NCBI GenBank assembly: GCA_030704615.1
Contig: CM060733.1
Span: 33,914,001-33,978,000, forward strand
Length of the DNA stretch: 64,000 nt
Origin: Takakia lepidozioides
Lineage: Eukaryota > Plantae > Bryophyta
Direction of reading: 5' to 3'
Part shown: positions 1-11,084 of the stretch, in pieces
Position numbering within the stretch: position 1 is the first letter of the stretch
Layout: the number at the start of each line of letters is the position of its first letter
Notes under the pieces: generated by a model
Told to the model about the DNA's origin: nothing
What the model saw: only the letters and a program-made list of their open reading frames with translations
Databases searched by the model: none
Made by a program: the position numbers and the translations under genes

Positions 1-317
1 TATGGATGAAACCCTACTATATCCATTAGGGATTATAAGAATTCCACACTAGGTATAGTATTGGAAAAAATGTTAAAATCCCAAACAAGTATCTGGAGAG
101 AGGGAGGGAGGCAGGCAGGGTGCGAGAAAAAAAAAAAGGTGGGGGGGGGGGGGGGGGGGGTGATTCAGTAGCAGCAACAGCTACTCAGTCAGTCCCCCCC
201 CCCCCCCCCCCATTTTTTTTTTTCTTCTCCTCCTCTCGCTCTCCCTCTCTTTCTCAATCTTCTATCACTCCCCAAAATATGTATATATATATATATAGAG
301 GGAGAGAGGAGGCAGAA

Positions 318-2527
318 GAGAGGGAAGATATTCATGTCATGTCAAGACATGGACAAGACCCACTAGGGTCATTGTCAATTAAAGACATAAACAACCCAAA
401 ACAGGGCACCATCTAACATTTCCATTCTTGTCATAGCTTCCCATGAATTGACATCACCCAATCAGTCATGATAAAACAGGGTGGGAGGGCGGGGTTTGTT
501 CATGTAGGGGATGCAAGCATCTTGAACACCCGAGATCTGGCCATCTTGGCCAATGAATCATTAAATTGCGATGTTACGAGCCTGGTGTCATGACAAGGTC
601 AGAATCACTGATTGCAGCACCTTACCTTATGAGCATAGGGTCATGCATCAAGCAAAACATAAGGACCAACTTGCAATATTTCAGACTCAGGACATGCCTC
701 CAAGCAATCCACTTGGGCATGAAAAAACAGATTCCATACCATTTATAATCATCCCAAGACGTGTAATCATACAAGGCGTCAAGGGAATGTGAGATCAGCT
801 TGTCATATTGCAAATTCAAGACATGTACACACAAGCATCTTGAAAACTCAGATTGCAGGTCATAGACCTGATGTCATGACAAGGCCAAAACAATAGGTAG
901 GATTTCATTACAGCTTACCATCATCATCCTTCAAGAAGTCCATGCTAAAGCTTGCAAAAAACACCTCACTATGATCCATCACACACCAGAAATAGGCCCG
1001 AAAAAGAGCAGTTCGGTTCTTTATTAGGCTGCCACCATAACATTCAAGGCCACCGCGTCCTTAGAGCCCCAAAACTGCCGAAGCATCCCCCATAAAATCA
1101 GATCCTCTTTGACCAAAAGAACTTATAACCTAGCTCAATAATCCACAGGCCCTGCTATCAAAGATCAAAAGGTAGGGTATGGTTTGTATGCAAGCCCCAG
1201 GAAACAGGCCAAGCAGGGCGAGCTGCACATCGACAGCAGAACAACAAAGGCCAAAACACAGGCTGTAGAATGCCAAACCAAGAGCAGTCGGGTTGAAATC
1301 GGGGCTGCAGACAGCAGCCACCTCACTGCGCAATAACCCACAGGTCTCCTCAGCCCATATCCCAATCTGCATGCTCAAGAAACTTCAAAGTAGGTGAGGG
1401 TCCTCACCTAGTCCCATCACAAGCCCCCACAAAAACCAACAGGTTAGTGAGGATTGTGGAACCCCGGGTGAATCACAGACCCTCACACTTGTCATCGATG
1501 TCAACTAAGAAACTCAAAAGCAAGAGAAAGAGATAAGAACATGAGAATCCATCAACTCCAAAGGCACCTTAAGCAATTGGGGAAGAGGGTTATGCGCCAT
1601 CACCACCCGCAGCAAGCCGCCTCCACAAAGCACATAAGCAATGAAGCAAAGCAGGCACAATCGCAAGGCACTAGAAAGGAGGGAGAGAACTTCCCATCAT
1701 AAGTATCCTTGCTACGCACAGAAAAAGCCAGAGGAGAGAAGATGCCACTGCATTCAAAGCGGTGTTTCCCGCTGCAAGAGAGACAAGGCGCCGCCTTCGC
1801 GTCCCTCCAAGCGCTCGTCCAGCATGGGTACGACACCACAAACGGGGCAACCACCGAAGCACGTCCGCCATAACACTCTCCTCGTGAGCTCAGAAGCACA
1901 TCACGTGCTTCTGACAGCGGGAGAGACGACATAGGGTTGTCCCCCGATTATTCATCCGTGGATGAAAAATAGTAGGACGAATCCATATACCCTGACGGAT
2001 TTCATCCGCAGCAAGGTTAAAAATAGGTTTTGGGGTAGGGATTAGGGTTTCCACCGTAATTAATCATAATTAGGGGTAGTAAAGATCAATTCAAAGATCA
2101 ATTCCAGGCCATAATCACATCATCCATAGACAGATCACTTGTGTCAGGATGAAAAAGTAGATAATATCATCCGTGGCAGCGCCTTACCTCCATCTAGGTA
2201 ATTCTATCATTCCTTACCAGACCATCCGGTATGGATAAAAATAGTCAATAAAAGAGGAATGAAAAATTATCACCCTGGTAGTTTTTCATCCGATACGGAT
2301 GGAAAAATAGGATGTTGTTGGCAACCTTCATAGAGGTAACTCTTTTCTTCCATGATGACTCATCCGGTATGGATGAGAGTCAATAAAAGAGGAATGAAAA
2401 GGCCAAAAGAACCATCCTAGAGGTAATTCAGTGTCCATCCTGGTGGCTCATCCGGTATGGATGAAAAAGCCTAATAGAGGATGAGAAAACAAGAAGCCAA
2501 CACTGATAGCAAACTGCCAATTCCCAG
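318..2527 (-). repeat. Array unit 1 (~2.2 kb, apparently non-coding)
   Basis: Begins gagagggaagatattcatgtcatgtcaagacatggacaagacc, also found at 5221. Ends caacactgata..gccaattcc, also found at ~5190-5217 and ~7938-7962. Colinear with units 2 and 3. Strand is inferred from the telo-box and the CpG-rich end. Confidence 0.85.
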
Positions 2528-2602
2528 TAGAGAGGGAGAGAGAGAGTGCATGAGAAATTCCAAAAAAAAAAAAAAAAAAAAAAAAAAAAACAGCAGCAGC
2601 AC

Positions 2603-5220
2603 CTAACACTTCCATTCTTGTCATGACTTCCCAATTGATTTCACCCAATCATTCATGATAAAACAGGGTGGGAGGGCGGGGTTTGTTTATGTACAGGTCA
2701 TGACAACAAGACAAGCATATAAGCAAGTATCTTGTGTACTGGTAAATCAGATTGCTGCAGCATGTTCAAATTCATGTAAGTAACCCAAGACATGCACCAT
2801 ACAAGGCTCCTTGGGTAGGTAAGAACAGCCTGCCCTGCTACAGATTCAAGGTATGTTCATACAATCACCTTGAAGGACCAGCTTGTAATTTACCAGATTT
2901 CAAACATGCAACCAAGTAATCTTCTTGGGCATGACAAAACATATTGCAGCTTCACTCTTTGCCATTTGTAAGTACCCCAAGACATGCATCATGCAAGGCT
3001 CCTTGGGTAGGTAAGAACAGCCCGTTCTACTACAGATTCAGGATATGTTCATACAAGTACCTTGAAGGACCAGCCTACAATTAATCAGATTTCAAGCATA
3101 TAACCAAGTAAACTTCTTGGGCAAGACAAACCATATTACAGCTTCACACTTCACCAATTGTAAATACCCCAAGACATGCATCGTGCAAGGCCTCTTGGGT
3201 AGGTAAGAACAGCCTGCCATTGTACAGATTCAAGACTTGTGTACACAAGCATCTTGATGAACTAGCTTGCAGTTTATCAGACTCCAAACATGCAACCAAG
3301 TGACCCACTTGGGCATGACAAGACAGACTGCAACTTCATTCTACACCATGTACAGTTGCCCCAAGATATGCATCATGTAAGGCATTTTGGCATGGAAGAA
3401 AGGCCTGCCATATTATAGCTTCAAGATATGGACACACATACACTTAGAGTGCCCGAGACCAAGCCCACTTGGCCAAAAAAATAAATCATACATTGCAGGT
3501 GGCTGGTCTAATGGCAAAATGAGGCAAATAATCACTGGCAAAGGTCCAGTAGAGCTTACCACCACTATTTTCCAGGAGGCTAATGCCATGTTTTGCAAAT
3601 AAAACCTCACTATGATCCATTCCACATCAAATCCAGGCCTGAAAGAGGCCTGTCATTGCCTTATCAGGCTGCCATCTTTAAAAATAGGCCCTCCTCTTCC
3701 TTAGAACCTAACAGCCACTGATGCCTTTACCCATAAACCATCATTCCTCTTTTAAGGCCAAAACTGTACCTAGTTTAAAAATCCACAGACAATGCTGTCA
3801 AAGATTCAAGACAAGGTAAGGTCCAGATGTTGGGCATCAACAGGCCTGCCAGGCCGAAATGCTCCATCAAAGGCAGCAAAACATAAGTCAAAAGTAAGCA
3901 TCAACATGCCAAACCAGGAGCAAGCAGGCCAAAATCGGGGCTGCAGGCAGCAGCCAAGTCATGACGCCATACAAAATAGGTTCCCTTTGCCCACATCTTT
4001 ATCTACAAGCTCAAGAGAATTCAAAGCAAGTAGGAATCCTCACCTGGTCCCATCACAAGCCCCCACAAAACCAACAGATTAGTGAGGATTGTGGAACCCC
4101 AGGTGAATCATGGACCCCTACACTTGTCATCAATGTCAACTAAGAACCTCAAAAGCAAGAGAGAAAGATATAAAGTAAAAGAAACCCTAATCACCAAAAG
4201 CACCTTGAGCGATTGGGGAAGATAATTGTGCGCCATCGCCACCAGCAAGCCACCTCCAGCACAACTAAGGAGAAGTGAAGCATACAAGCATCCTTGCTAG
4301 GTTTAAGAAGGGAGAGAGAGATACTTCCCCACACAAGCGCCGCTGCGAAACATAAAAGCCAAAGGAGGGAAAGAGACGATGCATTCACAGTATTGTCTCC
4401 CGCCTGTGAGAAGAGACAAAATGCCATCATTGCGCATCCCCAGGAGCTCGTCCAGCATGGGCACGAAGCAGCAGACAAGGTAACAACAAAACGCAGACGC
4501 CATAACTTTCATCCCGCGAGCTCAGAAGCACGAGGAGTACTGCTGATGGCGGGAGAGATAGCCTAGGGCCGTGCCCGATTTTTCATCTGTGCAAGATGAG
4601 TAATCAACACCACTTTTTTCAAAACCCGACGGATGTCATCCGTTAGCTAGGTTTAAACAATAGGTTATAGGGTAGGGGTTAGGATTTCACTCCTTAATTA
4701 GCCATAAGGGTAATTACTCAACAGTCCAGGGCCATCACAGACTGCATATTTCATCCGGTTCAGATGAAAAAGTCAATAAGTTCATCCAGTTGGAGAAGGT
4801 TCGTCAATAGGATGGAAAAACAGTACATAACATCCAAGGCAACGGTTTCACATCCTAACAGGTAATTCAACATCCCCAAACAAAATGCCTCATCTAGTAC
4901 GGAAAAAAACCATAAAAGAGGAATGAACAAATTAATATCCTGGAATTTTTCATCCGGTATGGATGGAAAAAATTATATATAAGATGTCAGTGTCAACCCC
5001 TACAGAGGTAATTCCTCATTCCCTGGTGACTCATCTGGTATGGATGAAAGTCAATAAAAGAGGAATAAAAAAATCATAGACTCGGTTTAGTGTCCACCCA
5101 GGTAATTTATCCAGTATGGATAAAAAATTGTTATAGGGCGGGTGAAAAAACTGTTAGAGTCCATCCGGTATAGATGGAAAAACAGGAAATCAACACTGAT
5201 AAAACCGGCCAATTCCAAGG
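2603..5220 (-). repeat. Array unit 2 (~2.6 kb; first ~95 bp of the unit missing)
   Basis: Colinear with units 1 and 3. For example, cccatcacaagcccccacaaaa..ttagtgaggattgtggaacccc occurs at ~1413, ~4049 and ~6819. Confidence 0.9.
2784..3400. repeat. 192-bp tandem repeat inside unit 2
   Basis: cccaaga(c/t)atgca recurs at 2784, 2976, 3168 and 3360. Confidence 0.9.
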
Positions 5221-7965
5221 AGGGAGGGAAGATATTCATGTCATGTCAAGACATGGACAAGACCCTACTAGGGTCATTGTCAATTAAAGACATAAACAGC
5301 CCAAAACAGGGCACCATCTAACATTTCCATTCTTGTCATAGCTTCCCATGAATTGACATCACCCAATCATTCTTGATAAAACAAGGTGGGAGGGCGGGGT
5401 TTGTTTATGTACAGGTCATGACAACAAGACAAGCACATAAGCAAACATCTTGTGTACTGGTAAATCAGATTGCTGCAACATGTTCAAATTCCTGTAAGTA
5501 ACCCAAGACATGCACCATGCAAGGCTCCTTGGGTAGGTAAAAACAGCCTGCCCTGCTATAAATTCAAGGTATGTTCATACAAGCACCTTGAAGGACCAGC
5601 CTACAATTCAGATTTCAAACATGCAACCAAGTAATCTTCTTGGGCATGACAAAACATATTGCAGCTTCACTCTTTGCCATTTGTAAGTACCCCAAGACAT
5701 GCATCATGCAAGGCTCCTTGGGTAGGTAAGAACAGTCTGTCCTACTACAGATTCAGGATATGTTCATACAAGTACCTTGAAGGACCAGCCTGCAATTAAT
5801 CAGATTTCAAGCATGCAACCAAGTAAACTTTTTGGGCATGACAAAACATATTGCAGCATCACTCTTTGCCATTTGTAAATACCCCAAGACATGCATCATG
5901 CAAGGCCCATTGGGTAGGTAAGAACAACCTGCCATTGTACAGCTTTTCATTTGGCCAATTGTAAGTACCCCAAGACATGCATCGTGCAAGGCCTCTTGGG
6001 TAGGTAAGAACAGCCTGTCATTGTACAGATTCAAGACCTGTGTCCAAGGAATCTTGCTGGACCAGCCTGCAATTAATCAGACTTCAAACATGCAACCAAG
6101 TGACCACTTTGGGCATGCCAAGACTGACTGCGACTTCATTCTACACCATGTACAGTTGCCCCAAGATATGCATCATTTAAGGCATTTTGGCATGGAAGAA
6201 AGGCCTGCCTTGTCACAACATCCAAATATGGACACACGTACATTTTGAGTGCCCAAGATCAAGCCCACTTGGCCAAAATAAATCATACAATGCAAGTAGC
6301 TGTTCAGATGGCAAAATAAGGTAACTAATAACTGGCCAGAGTCCTTTAGAGCTTACCATCACTGTTTCCCAAGAGGCTAATGCCATGTTTTGCAAATAGA
6401 ACCTCACTATGCACCATTCCACATCAAATCCAGGTCTGAAAACGGTCTGTCGTTGCATTATCAGGCTGTCTTCTTCCAGGCCTCCTCTTCCTTAGAGCCT
6501 AACAGCCACTGATGTCTTTGCCCTTACACCATCAATCCTCTTTTAAGGCAAAAAATGTACCTAGTCTAGAAATCCACAGGCAAAGCTGTCAAAGATTCAA
6601 GACATGGTAAGATTCACATGTTGTGCTGCAAGAGATATGGCTGCCAGGCCGAAATGCTCCATCAACGGCAGCAAAACATAAGTCAAAAGCAAGCATCATC
6701 ATGTCAAAACCGGGAGGAAGCGGGCCGAAATTGGGGCTGCAGGCAGCAGCAGTATGTTCCTTTTGCTCACATCCTTATCTACAAGAGAATTCAAAGCAAG
6801 TAGGGATCCTCACCTGGTCCCATCACAAGCCCCCACAAAAACCAATGGGTTAGTGAGGATTGTGGAACCCCAGGTGAATCACAGACCCCTACACTTGTCA
6901 TCGATGCCAACTAAGAACCCCAAAAACAAGAGAGAAAGACATGAAGTAAAAGGAACCCTAATCACCAAAAGCACCTTGAGCGATTGGGGAAGGTAGCTCT
7001 GCGCCATCGCCACCAACACGCCACCTCCAGCACAGCTAAGGAGAAGCGAAGCATACAAATGCTAGGTTTAAGAAGGGAGAGAGAGATATATACTTCCCCA
7101 CCCAAGCGCCGCTGCAAAACATAAAAGCCAGAGGAGGGAAAGAGACGATGTCATCACAACGGGGTCTCCCGCCTGTGAGAAGAGACAAGACGCCGCCATT
7201 GCGCATCCCCAGGAGCTTGTCCGGCATGGGCACGAAGCAGCAGACAAGGTAACAGCAGAGCTCAGATGCCATAACTCTCAGCCCGCGAGCTCAGCAACAC
7301 GATGAGTGCAGCTGACGGCGGGAGAGACACCCTAGGGCAGAGCCCGATTTTTCATCCGGAGGATGAATAATCAACACCTTTTATCTCAAAAACCCGACGG
7401 ATGTCATCCGTTAGCTAGGTTTAAACAGTAGATTATAGGGTAGGGGTTAGGGTTTCACTCCTTAATTAGCCATAATTAAGAGTAATTAAACAAATCTCTA
7501 GGGCCATCATAAGCTGCATTTTCCATCCGGTTCAGATGAAAAAGTTAATAAATTCATCTAATTTGGAGAAGGTCCATCATTAGGATGAAAAAACAGTACA
7601 TACCATCCAAGACGGCGGTTTCTCATCCTAACAGGTAATTCATCACCCCCTAAGAAAAGCCTCATCCAGTACGGAAAAAAAGGCATAAAGGAGGAATAAA
7701 ATGAATTAATATCTTGGTATTTTTCATCCGGTATGGATGGAAAAATTATAGATAGGATGCCAGTGTCAACCCCTACATAGGTGATTCCTCATTTTCTGGT
7801 GACTCATCTAGTATAGATGAAAGTCAATAAAAGAGGAATGAAAAAATCATAGACCCATTTTAGAGGTATTTTAGTGTCCACCCTGGTAGTGTCCACCCTG
7901 TCATAATCCATCCAATATAGATGGAAAATAGGAAATTAACACTGATAAAACCGGCCAATTCCAAG
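5221..7965 (-). repeat. Array unit 3 (~2.75 kb)
   Basis: High identity to unit 2 throughout, and to unit 1 at the left end. Confidence 0.9.
5502..6200. repeat. 192-bp tandem repeat inside unit 3
   Basis: The same anchor recurs at 5502, 5691, 5883, 5969 (partial copy) and 6160. Confidence 0.9.
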
Positions 7966-8185
7966 GGGGGAGGGAGAGAGAGGGAGAGAGAGGGAGAGGG
8001 AGAGAAAGAGAGAGAGGGAGAGAGGGAGAGGGAGAGAGGGTGCATGAAAAAACAAAAAAGAAGGTGGGGGGGAGAGTCGGAGAGTGACTAAGCAGCAGCA
8101 GCAGCTCAGTCAGTCTCCCCCCCATTTTTTTTATTTTTTTTTCCATGCACCCTCTCTCCGTCTCTCTCCGTCTCTCTCCCTCTGG
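7966..8185. repeat. Foldback module: (GA)n-gggtgcatg-An-Gn-core hairpin-Cn-Tn-catgcaccc-(CT)n
   Basis: The arms are reverse complements (agagggtgcatgaaaaaa / ttttttccatgcaccctct). Related modules lie at ~95-265, ~10555-10790 and ~10820-11010, with a half copy at 2528-2602. Confidence 0.85.
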
Positions 8186-10487
8186 AAACTATGGAATTGT
8201 TGTCCCAACTTCCATCCTTGAAAAATTTGAAAAATTGGGTTGCATGAAATTTGGATGTTTTCCATCCAGAATACATTTCTTTTTTCCCCCTAGTGAGACA
8301 TTTCTTTATGAGGTTTTGCTTCATCCGGACATCAACCCGGAATATATTGATTGCAAAACTCCCGTCAGTATTTATTTTTTCAATCCAACCTGGATGAAAA
8401 AAGGACTTCATCTAACAGGACCTAAATACGAGACAAGACAAGTATACATTAATTAAAAAAACCCCGATGTTTTTCATCTAACCTAGATGAAAAACGGACT
8501 GCATCCGTCGAATTCAAGACAAGATGAACACACGATGTTTTTCATCTTCCATGAATGAGAAACAGACAACGTCCGTCGGGCATACTGGCTGGTGGATGTT
8601 TTTCATCCTAATAAGGATGAATGACAAGCTAGACAGGGGAAAACCCTGCGCAACCCTAATGTCTTTCTTTTTGTGCTGCAGGAGTGCACGCAATGGCGGC
8701 TTGGAGGTAGCGATGGTGCTCGTGCTGCAGATACCATGAGCTGCCGATCCCTGAGTGTTTATGGCTCCTGTGAGCGCCGCCTCTGCGGGCTCTTTAAGGC
8801 GATGGCGGTGGCTTAGAGATGAGGGAAGATTCATTGTCTCATTTGTTTGTTTTTTTGCTGCACAAGGGAACAAGGGCAGTGATGGCGGAGATACCACCTG
8901 CCTGCTTGTGAAGTTTCCGTAGGAGCCCTCATCTGGATCTTTGATGAATGGCGACGTCTTGGTAGAACAAGGAATTCTCTCTCTCCCTCCCTTTATAAAC
9001 CCTACCTTAGGAGACAAAGCTCTTTTTTCTTGTGCTTGGCAAACTTTGCTTTTGGTTAAGGTAGCAGTGCTGTGGTGTTGGCGGAGACCTCCCTGCACGG
9101 TTGGGCTTATGGAGAGATGGCGACCATCCCCCAAACAGTAAAAAAGGTTCTTTTTCTGTTTGTCTTGCTTCCCTATTTTCTTTGGCATTCTCTGTGCTTA
9201 GATTCAAGTGTATTTGACCTCGATAGCAAGTGTGGAAGCCTGCTACTCACCTCGTGCATCCTCACTAACTCACAATGCGTTGTGGTTGTTTTTGGGACGG
9301 GCACATGTGAGGGCTTCCACTTAATATACTGATGTCTAGGTGTTGCTGGATGCCTAGTGGGTTGCAAAGCTGGGGAAGGAATCGCTGGCCATGGACTCAT
9401 CTTAAAATGTTGAAAAACTAAACTACTCTATGGTTTTTCTTGATCATACCTCTTTCCTTCCTTTATTTATGAAGAACAAGTGTAATGCTATCTACGGTGG
9501 GCTATTTCGGCCCAGCCAGTGGAAGACCTCTGCTTTGTTGTGACAACCGGGTTTATGATGGCTTGTGTGAGAGACACACATCTGTTTTCCAGGCCCTAGT
9601 TTGCTTTACTTACCTTATGGTAGTTGGAAACAAAATGAGAGGCTGCGGGGAACTGTTTGCTGCAGCTACTTGGGTACCCATGTTGGTAAAATGCCCTTGT
9701 TATGTTCCAACCCGGATGGCTTTGTTAGCTAGATGCTTAGGCAAGGGTATGGTGAAGATTCTGCTTGTGGCTATTCAGCTGACACTGAAATATGACAGCA
9801 ATATAATTGGTAACTAGTTTTTGAGGCAGCCAGGGTGGTTAAGTGGAAATACCCTCTGGACATGGTGTAATGACATGGTCAAACGTGGAATGATGTGAAT
9901 AGGGTGTGTTGACAGTATCATATACTGTCACATGATGTGTATGCAGTCATTTATTTTTACCTTGTTGTGTCATGAACTTTGATTTTCAGCTGTAGCAAGA
10001 AATAATGTTATAGGGGTATTCTGGAAAACTTACTAGACATATCCACCTCCCCTGTGGGGGCAAGCTGTGCTGTAGACTAGTTTAAACAAATACTTGCAGG
10101 GCAAGGTATTTAAATCTGTGATATCCAAGTGTTCTTTCTTCTTTTTTTAAAACAAAACCCTCTATGACACCCATGGGGTTTGAGTAAGTATGTTTGGATT
10201 ACAGCTTGCGGACAGTAAATCTGTATCACCATTTGACCTGCACCACATCAAGGCCAAAAGATGGCCAAGTACCCGCCATGCCACCCAGAGCATCAGTGGA
10301 ATACTCTTTGGGTTATGAGTAATACTGACATGAACACATTACTGTGCATGGATATAATTCTGGATTTTCTAAGCTTGGTGATTGATGGTTGGTGCCATTG
10401 TTAAGTGGCTGATATGTCTGTTTCATGACAACAACCCTAGGGGTCCTGTCTTTGTCTTGACATGACAAAAAATATCTTCCCTCTCTC
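8186..10487 (+). repeat. Diverged, inverted array unit 4
   Basis: 10430-10487 (ccctaggggtcctgtctttgtcttgacatgacaaaaaatatcttccctctct) is the reverse complement of the unit start at 318-370. 9258-9312 matches the conserved core. 8200-8660 carries the same CATCC/GGATG motif block, ending in caaccctaatgtc. Confidence 0.7.
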
Positions 10488-10516
10488 TGTGTCTTTTGTC
10501 ACCCCCTTCCCCCCCG

Positions 10517-10552
<36 letters not shown>

Positions 10553-10978
10553 AGAAGAGAGGGGGCAGAAGAGAGGTAGAGAGAGGGAGAGAGGGAGAGA
10601 GAGAGAGTGCAAGAAAAAAGAAAAAGAAGGTGGGGGGGGGGGGGGACTGACTGATCAGCAGCAGCTGCTCAGTCAGTCCCCCCCACCTTCTTTTTCGTTT
10701 TGTTTTCCTCGTCTCGCCCTCTCTCTCCCTCTCTCCCTCTTTCCCTCTCTAAACCTCTCACTTTCTCTCTCCCTCTCTCTCTGTGTCTTTTGTCACTCCC
10801 CACAAAAAAAAACAAATCGGAGAGGGACAGAGAGGGCAGAAGAGAGGGAGAGAGAGGGAGAAAGGGTGCTTGAAAAAACAAAAAAGAAGGTGGGGGATGT
10901 GTTGGGGGGGGGGTGACTGAGCAGCAGCAGCAGCTGCTCAGTCAGTCCCCCCCCCACATTTTATTTTTTTATTTTTCC

Positions 10979-11012
<34 letters not shown>

Positions 11013-11084
11013 TCCACTCCCCACAAAAAAAAAAACTAAGCAAAGAGGGAGAGAGGGGGCTGAAGAGAGGCTTGAAACATTAGC

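Noticed and set aside
2784-6200. CRISPR-like or protein-repeat reading of the 192-bp repeats
   Set aside because: Whole monomers repeat with no unique spacers, the frames examined contain stops, and the context is eukaryotic.
120-10900. Many short ORFs in the array, e.g. 1600-1932 and 8514-9188
   Set aside because: Frames are not conserved between copies, indels are frequent and no domains are recognisable.
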